Source: the human T2T-CHM13v2.0 reference genome, Homo sapiens. Taken from it: DNA of 64,000 bases. The DNA lies in the NCBI RefSeq assembly GCF_009914755.1, contig NC_060932.1. One strand, 5' to 3'. Every line of letters begins with the position of its first letter. Position 1 is the first letter of the stretch. The position numbers were made by a program, and so were the translations under genes. The notes below the pieces were generated by a model. That model searched no databases and had not been told where the DNA came from. It saw only the letters and a program-made list of their open reading frames with translations. Shown one piece after another: positions 27,120-42,639 of this stretch.

Positions 27120-30100
27120 TACTTTTCTAAAGAAAGGATAAGCTCCAGCTGCCACTTTTCCCTCTTCCTTTTGCCTCCTCCTGCCTAGAACCTGAACATG
27201 ATATCTAGGAAGCGTCCATAAAAGAACCAAGAAAGCAGTGATGAGAGAACCAGGGGATCACAAAGCCTCGATGAAACCCTTGAAATACCATTGTGTTGTC
27301 TTATAAAATTAACCACTGTTATTTAGGCTACTATTTGAATTTTCAAATAAAACAATTAGAAGGACATAAACCAATTCAAATTTGGGAGAATAAGCCAGTT
27401 TTGATGAAAATAGATTTAAAGCTGTTTTATTCTAAATGTGAAGGGCTTTGCAGGCAAAGTCAAGGATTTTATATTTTATTAACGGGTAACATGTTCAATA
27501 TAGAATATATAGAAGATATTTATTTTGTATGTCAAACTGATGTCTTAGATACATTCCATTTGATTATCAAAGTGAGCTCATGTTGTAAATAGAGAAATTA
27601 TTACCATCTAAGAGCGACAGAAGGTGAATTTAAGTTCCAAAAGTTAAGTGACTTGCTGGAAGTCACCCAGATAGTACAGAGTCCCATCCTGACACAAACG
27701 TAAGCCTTACTCTTTCAGTGTCAGGACTGGGCCACCTGCTAGCTCATCGTGATAATCAATTGGGATGTGTTTAAAATTGGTTTAAAATGTCAAATCCTCT
27801 TTAATATTTCCTCATTTTATACAGATCAGATTCCCCTCACTGCTACTCATACCCAAATAATGCACCTATCAGCAAGGAAACATCTCCAGTTTGAAGATGA
27901 TGCCCCTCCCTACAAGGAGAGCCAACTAAATCACTTGGTAAAAGAAAAGACCAAAAAATAAATATACATTACAATAAATTAGTAACTTCATCCTAAGCCA
28001 TACCTTGGTGCAGGTCATTCAGAAAACCACTGAACTTTTGTCTTGAGACCCTATTTCACCTTAATCATTTCACAAAATATACTCTTAATCTATCAAAATA
28101 TATATTAAGGTGTAACGATGAGATGATGAAGAAGTACTCTTTTATCAGGCTGTGGTATTTGCTACACTAACGTCTGGATGGTAATGCCAATGCCTGTTCT
28201 TACAGGACCCACTACAAACACACAGTTCCCCACGTTAGAGTCCCTTTTCAACACAGGCACCTATTCGTTTTAGGGCACAGAATCACAACAGGTTCCATGC
28301 CTCCTGGATAAAATTTCAAAAATAATATTGCGGATACATGCATTGGTATCTATTTTGAAAGATAGTTTTTAACCCAATTACATCAAGTAACTTCACAAAC
28401 ACACTCCCCAACAGAGAAGGATGAAGTGCCAGCAAACTTTGAGGCTTAGCTAAATCGGCCATTTCCAATGCCTGGGAACTGAGCTGCATCAGCCTCCCGC
28501 TAGGAGAGAGTCAGGCAGCCACAAAGCCAGGCAGCAAGAGAAATGAGACCCGAACTGGAATCTAAGGGGCTTGCAGGGATAGAGCAAGAGATTTGCTGAG
28601 GGTTCCATCAGCTTAAGTGAAAGGGATAATCGACTAAAAGTAAGGTAAGCCACTGAGCAGCTGGAATCACTGTAAAATTAATGTGCTTTTACAGGCACTG
28701 CTTTCCCTGAGGGCAGAGCGGTGTCACAGAACAACTTCCCAGTATTGCTGTTCTCTCTGGAATAACAGGAAAGAATGAAAAAGAGTAAAAAATTAACCTT
28801 TCAATACAGAATCCACGTAAGACCGTTTTAGCTGAAGGACTCAAAAAGGCATAACATCCTCAACCAGCAGAGAGTAAGTGCTTGCTCAAAATGTGTCCTC
28901 CTGCAAAGATGGAATGATCTCTTGCATGTACAGATGCCACACCAGCCGTAGACACTACTGATCTGTATTTTAAATTTCACTTCACAAAAGTGATTTGGGA
29001 TTTCAAAAGCAGGAAAACAACCTCTCATACTGTAACTTGCCGATCTTGTATGGATCCCCTTCCAGTCTTTGCTTACGTGTGTATATGCAATTGTTCTCAA
29101 GCATCAGAATGTTTACCATTCTATAACCTTTATTTAATAAACTGTATTGCAGGGTAACTTTCATACTGATACATAGTGTGCCCAGACATTACCTTAATGG
29201 TTGTGTAATATTATACTCGGTGCATTTGCTGTAATTATATTAAGTATGCACATTACTGGACATTTTGATTTATGATTGTGAGAAATGTTATAATGAATCT
29301 TCTTTTGCTTTTTAAATAGTTGGTAATGAATAGTCTGTGTAGATTTTTAGAAGAAAGAGTACTGGTTTAAAACACCCTGAAGTTGTCTGCATTAAAACGC
29401 TAGTGTGCTCTTCAGAAAAGTTCTTCCAAAATATCACGACACTAACAATACGTGGTGGCACAAGTTGTAGAATGGCCCTTCCTGAATAGACACTAAATAA
29501 TATATAACAGCCCAGCTCGATCCTTCCATCATCACCATTTTTACTCCTTTATGTGACTAATCAATGAGCCTCACTCTGATAATGCTGGATTAAAAAAACT
29601 ACAGAACAAAAAAATACAGTATCATCGTGAAAGTTCAATTGATAAAAAATATTTTATCACCTCCATATTGTGAATGCCTCAGCAGGGTGTAAGTTCTCAT
29701 TTCTAGAACCACTGATATCCACTGCTCATCTTGAAGACAAAATTTTCTTCCTTATGCAAAAAAACAGCTCCCTGCCCATGGTGTATTAAGCATCCTGATG
29801 CTTTCCTTCTTGGCCTCTTCAATCTCATTCACACATCTGGATGTATCCATTGTCGATCACATGTAGGTGACTGTACAATTCACATGCTCTCCTCTTCCAA
29901 AACGTCCTCATATAGTGAGCAGCACCTCTAAATGAGTGCCCGACCGCAGCAGGGTAGTGTTCTGGTGCGAGTCCACAGATCAGCCCTTCTTTCTTCCATT
30001 CTCCATAGCACCAATCAATCCCTAACATCTCCAGATTTAAAAAAAATCTAATAATTTTTCAATCTCTTTTTGCAAAATCTGCAGTTATGCTTTCCTTACG

Positions 30101-31404
30101 CTAAAAATATACTTCAAAATCCTCAGTGTGGGATTCAGTATCTGTCGATCCTACCCCCAAGCATCTCTCAGATCGACTGTCTTTTCCCATCTGTCACCGC
30201 CCTGGTTCAGCCCCTCTTCGTCGCCTGCACCATGTCCACTGTGGGGTTTATGGTATCCTCATCACAACCCTGCTCCCACTATTGCCAATTTCAATTGTTT
30301 TATCTCTACAAGGCCGGCTGCCTCCTTGTCTCTGTACTGAGTTCCCATTTCTACTTCTCATCTTCAGCACAGGCTCCATTTAATACTGTATCAACCCCCT
30401 TCTACGGCTCATTATTTTTATAATACAGCTCATTTGTGAGTCTAACATATGCTAATCATGCACAGAGGGCTGTTGATATCTCTCACATATATATATTAAT
30501 CCCCTAGCACAGGCATCACACATGTCCACATTGAGGCTGAAAATGAGTCAGAGCAATGGGAGAGGTGGTGGAGCACAGCTTGGCCTCCTGCACTCTTTTC
30601 TCCACCACAATTCTCGTATCACACCAAGTTGAGATGCTATCATCAACTTCTGAAAGCCCATGTTACATCCCCCAAGGATATTAACAGGAAATAAAACTTC
30701 ACTACCCTGTTATGTCAACCATGCCTGGTCTGTTCAAGTAATAGCATATTTTAAAATGTTGCCTCTGCTTATCTGTGTTTACAGAGTCCAGCCTCTGTAC
30801 CCACCCAACTTGTGAAATAAGCAAGCTTATCGAATTTTGCATCTCAAGGACGATGGGAAATGGGTTAAAATACAAATTTGTTGGTGACTTTGCAAACGAA
30901 CAGCACGATGCTCTTGACCATGAGTGGGAATGAATACCTACATGGGCAACCAGAGAGTTTATCAAGGGTGGAATAAGGTCCAGAGTCAGTTTACCTCTCT
31001 ACACTACAGTCTGAAAGATTATAATATGATGATTTAACTGTGGTGAAACTCAACAGAAATCTTCACTGAGCAAGAAGTGTTCAGTAGAGAGGAGGCAGCA
31101 GAGGCACGTTTTTAGCAAGAGGACCCCCGGATGCAAGGGTTTTCGGTGTAACAGAGGAGAGACACACCTGAAGAAATAACAGAGGCTCAAGGAGGCTGGG
31201 ATGTAAACAGTGATGGTGGGCATACTACAGAGCAACGCCAGACATGGATCTGACTTTCAGCCTCAGTTACACACTTTGGTCTTTATTCGAACAGTGGCAG
31301 AAGTGGAGAAGGTGGCAAAGCAGGAAGATGTGTTTTACTTAGAGAAACAAGAGCGTTTCTTCGAATGTTCCTCAATATCTCTGTGAGTTAGGAGGTGAAG
31401 TCAC

Positions 31405-31625
31405 TTGAGACTGTGTGGGATGTGTGTGGTATGCAGTCATGTATAGTTTTTTTTATGTGTGTGTGTGTCTGTTGTGTATAGTTGATGGTGTGTGTGAAGT
31501 TTGAAGTGTATGTGTGGGGTGGTATATCTGGTGTGTATCGTTTGTGGTGCGTGTGCACTGTGTGTAGTGTGTGTTCTGTGCACAGTCTGTGGTGTATTCG
31601 TGCATGTATGTGTGTGTTATGTGGA
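31405..31625. repeat. Degenerate (TG)-rich low-complexity tract
   Basis: Interrupted tgtg repeats over about 220 bp. Confidence 0.8.
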
Positions 31626-34055
31626 AAGTCTGATGATGGGAAAAAAGGTTTAGAAAAGGATGTGATCTTCAGCGAGGGCCAATGTGAAACACGGCAAAAG
31701 GCCATTTCAGTACTTCAGAGACCCTGCTGTGTTTAGCAGAGTTGGACGTTGTCTTCGATATATCTTCCTGTGCTCTTACAGGAAATGCTCCTTAGAATAA
31801 TGGAGAGAATTTGTTAAGCCTGCTTTGGAAAACTAAGGATTCTTATTCCAAGAACAGTTTATAAGAGGCTTTACGCAAATATCTGGGTGCTTTTGGAGTT
31901 TAATTGCATTTGCATGATTTAGAGTAATTTATCTGAGATGTGTAAGACTGGCTGTTTGAGCGTGATGACTAAAGATTATTTACAAAACTAATTCACAGAT
32001 GAGTTATTATGCTATTGTTTCCTTCATTTATGAAGCAATGACACCCCATATCAAAGGCATGTAATGATTATATTATAGCTATAAACACATGGTTTAAAAT
32101 ACTCAGAAAATATCAAAGGTCCATTTATTTCTCCTTTTTTAAAGACTCTCAAATACTCCCTGTAACCTTCTGACATAATGTTGAACTAATTCCTAAAACT
32201 AGGTGAGAAAATGCATAACAGCAAATGATTATTGATGTCATTCTTCACACCTATATTACTTTTTATTATTTTTTATGTTAGGTTATTTTTGTAGTCACTT
32301 GTTCTATCTAGTTTAATCAATGTCAGGGTGTACTTTGCACACACAGGCCAATTCAACAACTTTCTGAAGATGTGTGGAGATTCTGAAGGTTACTTTCAAT
32401 TCCTAGGGTCAGTTTGATATTACCGTTAAGTGCAAGACCCATAATTTTAATTAATTCACACCAACTAATTATTCAGCTTCTTCAGATACAATATAATTGC
32501 ATTGTCTATTTAGCATGTTATTTTATAAAATGAGATGAGAAGTTTTTTTAGGAAAAAAACTAATCTTTTGTTCTGTAGTCCCTTAGAGAAGACCCTCAAA
32601 AGCTTTGGAAATTTGAAAGAAATTAAATTCAAAATTTTTATAATTTTAATATTATGAAAGACGAGAAAAAATAAATATTAAATGCATTTTCTCTCATCAA
32701 ATTTCTAAACTAAAAGGTAAATCCTGTAACACAGACAAAGTATAAATCATAGGCTCACATCAAGCAGCCAAACTCTCAGTTCATATGAAATTCCCTAATA
32801 GCACTCCCATTTTAGTACAACTCCCTTGGGAAGGGGCATACTGCTACTGAAATTAGACCGTATTTGAGCATATCACCTTACACATTTTTTTAGATTTTAC
32901 TCTAGGGATTGTAACATACACAACACATACAAAATAACCTATCACAGTCTATTGATATTAACGTTTTACTAGATCAATGAAGCATAGAAACCTCACCTCC
33001 ATATAGGTCCCTTCGCCCTTACTTCATTTTAAATATAGCTGTCTGAGTATTTTCTCTGCAGACACTGAGCATCACTTCAGAGGGTCTTACATGTGCTTCA
33101 ACTATGAAATGTGATTTAAGAAGCTCATTAGAAACATGATAGTCGATTATAGTTACCCCTATTTTTACATAGTGCTTTATTTTCACACCAGACTAAGGAG
33201 TTTGGAAAACACGCTAAAAGGTATGAAAAGCCTTAGAAGACAGAGGGTAATGGAAAGATGAAGTATCAGGAATGCTAAGGTCTGCAATTATCACCTCTCA
33301 GAGATTCACTTATCTCCCATTCATCCCTGCTCCTAGTAACTGCTTCACGTTTCTAACACCCAGGTATTGCATCAGACCATAAAGAAACAATGGTAATCTC
33401 CTTTCCATCTAGTGGAGGATTCAGGAATTAGCAATTAACTTATCACACAGAAAAATATGAAGTTAGAACTGTTATCATGGCTGCTTAGAGCTGAAATTCT
33501 TATGGGTGGGTGTGGAAGGGAAAAGGCCTCCACACTGGAATGAATGGGTATCTTGGTCAAAGGGTTCACAGACAGTGTTTCTCACAGCCTACATGATGCC
33601 CAGTCATTTAAACATTTTGGTATTCAACAAAGATAAATTGTGCAGAAGTAGGAAGGATGAACAGCATGCGTTATCTTTTATCTGCTGTTTATTAATTTGA
33701 AACTTCTTTTCTTCCACATTAAATAAAATATCTTTGGACACAATAAAATCTCAATACTTGTATGACATTTACATTTTTGAAAGTTTTCATAGCTCTCGAT
33801 GATGTTAAATCAACATGGTATGTTAGGAAAAATGAGTCAGACACATTTGACCGAGACTATAAAATTTAGGGGTGGCAAAACAAAGACACAACAACCATAG
33901 AACCTGCAAGACACGCAAGCATTGTATACCATGGAGAGAGTAGCTCCAGCATGGAGAGGGAGACTGTGTCCATATACAGCCTTACCAAAGGAAGAAATTC
34001 ACATTAGATCTCACCTTTGCTTATTTCAGCAGCAAGACTATCTCAAAAGAAATGC

Positions 34056-35183
<1,128 letters not shown>

Positions 35184-35579
35184 ATTATTCAGCATATAAA
35201 AAAGAAATGCATTGCTATGAAATTATTATAGTGTGTTGAAATCATTGTCATTTCTAGCTAGTAAAGAAATACGTAGAATGTGTGTCAATTTCCAGGAGTT
35301 AAAAAAGTTATCAATACCCCCCTTTTAAAAATCAAAATATATTATCTTTACACACGCTTCCTACGTGCATTTAGTCAGAAGACACAATGAACATACACAC
35401 TATCTATATGCATGTGTAGAATGCATAGATAGCGTAACTGATCATATTGCAATCCTAATTTATTGGCAAACTTTAGCATTGATGTATACTCATATAGGTA
35501 TTTTAACACACATGATCATACCTACTTTTTTAAAAGCAATTTAAACTCCAAAATAAGCTAATTACTTTTAATGGAACAA

Positions 35580-35690
35580 ATATATATATATATATACATA
35601 CATATATATGCGTGTATATATATGCGCGTATATATATATGCGTATATATATACGTATATATATGCGCGTATATATATATATACACATATA
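35580..35690. repeat. (TA)n tract with interspersed (CG)/(TG), alternating purine-pyrimidine
   Basis: tatatatgcgcgtatatata-type units. Confidence 0.92.
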
Positions 35691-35797
35691 GAACTCTATG
35701 TTTCCAGTTTTATTATCAATGTTACTTATTGAGAATGATGAAATTGAAAGGGCTCACAGTCGTTCTATTTATGAGCAACAGATGTATTAAAGTTGTT

Positions 35798-36088
35798 GGC
35801 CAGGCACAGTGTCTCACGCCTGTAATCCCAACACTTTGGGAGGCCGAGGTGAGTGGATCACCTGAGGTCAGGAGTTTGAGACCAGCCTGGCCAACCTGAC
35901 GAAACCCCATTTCTACTAACGAAAAAATGAGCCAGGCGTGGTGGCAGATACCTGTAATCCCAGCTACTCCGGAGGCTGAAGCAGGATAATTGCTTGAACC
36001 AGGGTGGTGGAGGTTGCAGTTAGCTGAGATCGCGCCAGGCAAGGCGGTAAGAGTGAAACCCCATCTCAAAAACATTAAAAAACAAAAA
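35798..36088 (+). mobile_element. AluSx/Sq-like with small right-arm deletion
   Basis: ggccaggcacagtgtctcacgcctgtaatccc...gatcacctgaggtcaggag; ctgcactccagcctg segment is missing. Confidence 0.95.
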
Positions 36089-36939
36089 GCTTTCATCACA
36101 CGTGGCAAAAACAATAACACTGATTGGCATAAATAATTTGGAAGCCCAGAGGAAGAGCCCATAATTTGACCTGCAAGGTAAGTTTTGCGGGGAAATGAAG
36201 ATGGGGAGGTAGAATTTAGAGAATGATTCACATAAATTTCTATAGAATAAACTACAAATGAATATAGTCCCATGATAGCCATAGAGCTAATATAGAAACA
36301 CAACATTCTTATGGTCCCTTATTGGTCCCTTAGACAGTGAGCAAGCTGGAACTGGTCTTTAATTTCTAATCTACTAAATGTACATTTTTTAAACCTAGGG
36401 AATAATAACAGGAAAAGCTTAACAACCCTGAAAAAACCTAGTTGGCTAAATTTTCAGTCACTTTCCCCTAGTGCCCCAGGAAGAGAATGCGAAGAATCCG
36501 GTTAATAGCTAGCTGAGTCCCTAGAGAGGGAGGAATCCATCATGGGGGTAGCAGACCTCATCATTGTCACTATGTGTGACACACACTCTGCTTTTGAGAA
36601 TGCGTTTAGTGTGAACATGCCTGACGGGACCCCTGTGACATTTAATTCTCCTCTGAAAATGTTAGCAATGCAGGAACCCGAAGAGCTCCCAAAGGTCTTA
36701 CATGTCAAAATGAAAAAAAAAAAAAAAAATCACGCGTAGGTCACATCAGGAGGAAATACGTGTTATGGGAGGGAAAGAAGAATGTTGGAATTAACTGTCA
36801 ATGTGGACTGTCTGTTTTAAACATGCAGATGCCATTTAAACATCAACACATGTAAATTCACTTTAGAGAGGGAAACCAGGAGCTCTGAAAGTTTCAGACA
36901 TTTACTCTAAGGTCATATGACTTAAAAAAAGCAGAACTA

Positions 36940-37305
<366 letters not shown>

Positions 37306-37810
37306 CTACACTGATACCACCATGTATCCGACATGCAGAGACTGTCAACACATCCAAGGTCTAAAGGCTTAAAAGCATCTCATTCCTTGGTTCCCTCATT
37401 ATTTTCAAGACTGCAGTCACGTTGATAGTTAAGTCACAACATAATGCCTCATGGAATACAACAGCACAAACTCTTAGTTACAATCGACAAAGTACATAGG
37501 ATTAAAGAAGAAGAAAATACATTCACTAGCCCAACAGCCAGTGCCTCCACCTGCCATAGAACATTTCCTACATATTTCTGTCAGGGCCAGAGTTCACAGG
37601 CAAACTAACAGAAATAAGTGTTCTATTTCAGGAAGCAGTATGGGGTGTTTTAAAATATAAGCCAATTTCAATTGCATCCGTTCCTTGAATACCTTTCTAA
37701 GCAGTCTGGACTTTGCTAATGCCTTGGGATTTCTCCCGAAATACTAAAGATGATTCTAAACTCCAGTCCACAATCACTTTTACTTATGCTACCGGTTGTA
37801 TTACATTTTC

Positions 37811-37831
37811 ACACACACACACACACACACA
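37811..37831. repeat. (AC)10 microsatellite
   Basis: Directly visible. Confidence 0.9.
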
Positions 37832-38539
37832 AAAGCAATGTAATGTACTATTACATTACCATTTGTGAGTTAAGTGTTAGGTCAAAATGCCTTTCAAGTT
37901 TTTATGTGTTCTTACGTACACACATACATCCTGTTTTCTCATTTACACATCTGACCCATGTCTTCTAATGATTTATCCTCAGAAAAGATTCAGCATTTAT
38001 GAATAAAGACCACAGGAAAAGGGCAAAGGATTTTGTAAGAGGAGGGAGCTGCGACAAGCTGGGTGTTAGAAAACGCTTCCTGTTGGAGTGAAGAACATAA
38101 TTGGGCTCCTAAAAACACAGAGATTATACCACAGGAAAAGTGGGGTTGACATTCTACATGGTGGGAGGAGGTTTCACCTTCCCACATGGCTAATACTACT
38201 GACAGCCCCAGCCTGAGAAAAGAGGTCCCTCTTCTAATCATGACTGCGTTGGCTTCCCACTGCCCCGACCATTTGAATGGGCATCTCGAGGGAGGGAAGA
38301 GGACAGAGCTTCTTACACCATCGCAAGAGCACCACTCATTCTCTGCCCTCATCCACACCTACCGGAGACAGATGACACTTTCTGCCCAGCTTCCACACCT
38401 ACCAGAGGTGGCACTTTCTGCTCAAAGGAAAGCCCAGCTCTGGCTTGAAGACCAGAGTGAGGTAGGGTTTATGAAAACTGAGACAGTATGCGAGGAGACC
38501 CTTTTACCCTAAGGTCCACAGCGTCTTCTAGCTGCTGTT

Positions 38540-38655
38540 GCTGCACTGTGAGCCCCAGGTGGCAGGTACCAGCCTGCCTCATTCACTAATATGTCCCCAA
38601 GCAAGGGATGAGTGGCCCATGTTCAGCAAATATTTGTAAAATAAATCAGTGAATG
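38540..38655 (+). mobile_element. L2 3' end
   Basis: ctgtgagccccaggtggcagg...ttcactaatatgtcccca...gttcagcaaatatttgtaaaataaat. Confidence 0.55.
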
Positions 38656-39621
38656 CAAAAAAAATATTCCAAGGCCTGACTCAAGATAAAGGATAAATAA
38701 AAAGTGAACCAATAAAGTAGAAAATTAGATTTCTAGAAATTAACTAAAAATCACACAGTGCTTAAGGAGAACCAATCTTCCATCCAGAACTTTGCCAGAT
38801 ATTATGAATAAAGTAAACTTGGTTTCCAAAGATAAAATGATTTTATTATAGAATCAAGGTTTACATCAGCATAAATATGATGATTATAAAATAGCCATTG
38901 AAGTCATATTTGTAGGTATAGATTGAGCTGTGCAAAAAAGAAACTGAATGAAAGCAACTAGCTGGTTATTTCATTTCAAAACATATTTTGCATAAAGTAA
39001 GTCAAACTTTTCTTTATTCTTCAGAAGCGTTTTCAAAAATTTGTTTCATATTATATTCTCAGTCTTCTTGGTAAAATTTTAAAAACAGGTTTTATAAAGC
39101 TAAAGATGCACTCAAATGTACAAAATGAAATATAACCTTCTCTTAACTCCTAAATAAAGAACGGGAAATTTTGTGAATGTCATCTTTTATTCTTTTTTCT
39201 TTCCTTTAAATATTCAGGCATTATTGAAATTTGAAAATATCCCACTGAGAAATATATGAATCCTTGAGTAGAAAATAAAATGGGTTATTAAAAGCCAACC
39301 ACTCATTATTGTTAACCCTCTTAACCATTTAAAAACCTTGAACAATCCAAATACTCCCTTTCAATTATGTAGATTAGCTAAATTTCAAGAGAGCAGGACC
39401 CCATATTCTAAAATTTTATGATTTTCTAATGGTCTTCCATTTGTAGTGATTTTTCATCCTCGAATCTGAATTTGTTGTGATCTGTAAGATATCTCAAGGA
39501 ATGCTGCAGAGAAAATAATCTGCATATTTTATTCCAAGCGGTTTCTTAGGTTATGGTCTTATACTTTGGGCTGCCACAGACCTCTGTTAATTCTTGGACT
39601 TACCAAGACAATTTCTTCATA

Positions 39622-39703
39622 TATTAGGTTGATGTGAAATAACTGTGGTTTTCGCCATTACTTTCGATGCTGAAAACCTCAACGATTTTTGCACCAACCT
39701 ATA
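39622..39703. mobile_element. Made1 MITE, full length (~80 bp hairpin)
   Basis: ta-ttaggttgatgtgaaataactgtggttttcgccattactttcgatgctgaaaacctcaacgatttttgcaccaaccta-ta: both TIR arms and TA flanks. Confidence 0.92.
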
Positions 39704-40651
39704 CAAATAGAACTATTATTCCATAATAGATTTCTGGTAAAATAATTATATATAATTAATAACTTTCCACTAATATTCCATCGAGTCCTAAGACTTGGTG
39801 TAGACATCAGAGACACCCGTGACAGAAGGTGAACGACAATGGGGTACACTGTGTCAAGATGAAGGACTCAAATGCAAACTAAGGGGGGGGCTTCCTTTAT
39901 GTGTTTCAAAATAATGGGATTTTCAGAACGATAGTTAAATAAGAAAGTGGTCGAACGCCCCCAAAACCCTTTTCAAATCCAGAAGTAAATCTATATTGTG
40001 CTTCCCTCAAAGTCAGCACTCGGTAAACGCAAAATAATTGGTAGCTGCTTCTATTAGTGATGTTTTGTGGTTATACTCCAAATCTTGGGGTGGGGGAATC
40101 TTCAAAGGAATAGAAAAGCCAGGTACTGAATGAAAATATGCCACATGTCAGATTCATACGAAAACTCAAGAGTAAATACAATCGACTCTTATTGAGCATG
40201 CCAATACACTGTTGGGGCAAAAAACTACACTTGTAAACGGCACTGAAAACATACAAGCCCTGTGGAATTAATCAGCTACTAGTGTTTATCACAGGCAAGA
40301 GGTTTCCAACTCGCCAAGCACATCATCATCATCTAAGGTTGAATAATAATCCCCAAATCCCTTGTAAAGTTTTACAGTTTATAAAGCAGCTCAATGGGTT
40401 ATATTTTATTTACATAACAATCTGGTAAGGTAGGCAGGGAATTTTTCTTTTTTTTACTATGTATGATTTTAAAAGAAAGCTGAAAGCACTGGTGTGATTT
40501 GTATAAATTTCCTGCTTGCTAACGTGGGGTGCAGTGAAATTAGACTCCCACGTCTGTGTTATAAGCTGTGGCTCTTTCATTCTACCCTGCTGTAAAACTC
40601 AAATGGTTACAAAACCAGTTAGTGTATCTCTGTTGTCATATAATGTAACAG

Positions 40652-41144
40652 ATGTCTATACGCTGCCAGTGTAAGGCATGTACATGCACAATCACTATGC
40701 CTGCTAAGGTAAGTGACTTTTCTTGGCTGTTTCTTCATTTTCCAGAGATAGATTTAAAGTGTCCAAGTTAAGTGTCAGTACTCAAGGGATAGAGAAGAGA
40801 GAGGGGAGAGAGAGAGAGAGACAATTTTATTTACTGACAAGCAGGAAGTTTAAATCAATAGTTCTTTATAGACTTAGAGGTGAGGTAACATAAAAGAGAA
40901 GCGATAGCTCAGCTGAGTACATGTCTGTACCATTTAGGTTACTTCCACACTGCCCCAGAAGTTTTCTTTTATATAGTAAAGTGCCTGATACATTGTAGGC
41001 ATTCAATAATTATTTGTTTAATGTATTTTTGACCAAGTTAAACCGAATTTTGGCAGGATGAAAATATGTTCTGTCTTTCAGATGTGTTGGAAAGGAGAAC
41101 AAAATGTCAAGAATGATGTAATATGTTGCCGTTCCGAATTTAAG
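40652..41144 (+). other. Two candidate small exons (40652-40708 and 41082-41144)
   Basis: Donor AAG|gtaagt after 40708; acceptor tgttctgtctttcag before 41082; donor AAG|gtattt after 41144; both lengths (57, 63) are multiples of 3. Confidence 0.25.
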
Positions 41145-42639
41145 GTATTTGGTATTTTATAATAGTTATTGAATAAATATTTGGATATACAATTAGAATC
41201 CAGGAGTAATTGTATTAGCAATATATAAAATTGTGCGTTCGTTTTTTCTCACGTAAGTGTGACATTTAGTTTAGCCTGTCTGTAAAGCTGTACCCATTCC
41301 AAAATTTTATGCAACTACATTGTTATTTATGAAATAATATGAACATTCTAATATTGTTACTATCCTTCTATGGGTTTACATGTGAATGATAATTATTACA
41401 ACTATTAGAACTTTTTTGTCACTGTAGAAAGAAATGACACTTGGTAACATTTTTCCTTAATTAAAATTTTTACTTTCTAATCTTTGCAGACAAAATCTAA
41501 AATCTTTACCATTAGGTCATCCATCCCTCCTCTCTCTTTTTATGCACACATGTGCACACTCTCGTACACATCTCTATTTGCGCATTTTAGTTTCTGTGTG
41601 TGTGAGAAAGAGTAATATTGTGAAAATTACATTGAGTTAAAAGGTCATTAGCAAGTAATGAAACAAAGCTTGCATTCAGGACCTACTCAACTGGCGAGAA
41701 AACTTGAGTAAGTACTGATTAATAAAGTTACGTTAACAAGAGCTTTTACACTAAAAAGAATAAAAAACATGTTGATTGAAATGTTTACCCTTATTGAATT
41801 AGTAATTAAAAGTGACACACCTTCTAAATTTAAGACGTCACTGATTCTGTTTTTGATATCACTGATTTTTAACTCAAAGGCTTAATATTATTTTAAAATC
41901 TCAAAAAAAAAAAAAGCCACTCTCTGTACTGGTTGTACAGATCAACCAATAGATACCATATATTGGCATTGTATTTACAAGCAAGTTAATTTTAAACTAT
42001 TTGAAAGCTAACATCCTCCCATAAATCATAAAGCATCTTACAAGATAGATAACATCAGAGATCTGTCCTAAATGAACGTACTTTCTGAAACTTTAGTCAG
42101 AAGTGGGTTTTTAATTTTACTCTCTTTATTAAAAACAAAATGAAAGCACAATAATGACAATCTATCATCTTCATATTAAACAGCTTGAGGCCTTAAGTCT
42201 AACAAAGCGGCTTGAAGGTACAAACTCCTTGTTTGACCAAATAAACATCTTTTACTTCATTAGTAGTCCTCACATATACATGCACATAGTAACAAAGTAA
42301 GGAGGATTTTAAAAGCAGATTAAATCAAAATTGGGAAAATACCTGAAAATTTAAACTGTTAGTCAATTTCCCCCAGTAATTCCAATTACAGATTTTGATG
42401 AAAAGTGACCCTAAATCCTGACAGTCATTTTTCCATTTTGCTTTCCTTCAATTTATCTTAGTAATGTCCTTTCCTTGCTTTTAAACAGTTTCTTCTAAAT
42501 GAATTAAAAAGTCTTAGCATATTATGATTTTCCTCCTTTCCTTTTGCTGAATGTTTCTTTGAAATACTGAGCCTCTGGGGCCCATAATCGATACGTGAGC
42601 CCTAACCAATATACCTACACTTCTTTCCAAAATCCAAAT

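Noticed and set aside
28831-28872. 42-nt in-frame exon candidate (LKDSKRHNILNQQR, then gtaagt)
   Set aside because: The acceptor lacks a real pyrimidine tract and the peptide is not recognised.
35722-36306. Longest ORF in the track (194 aa, - strand)
   Set aside because: About half is antisense Alu translation ([23 protein letters not shown]); the rest has no recognisable domain.
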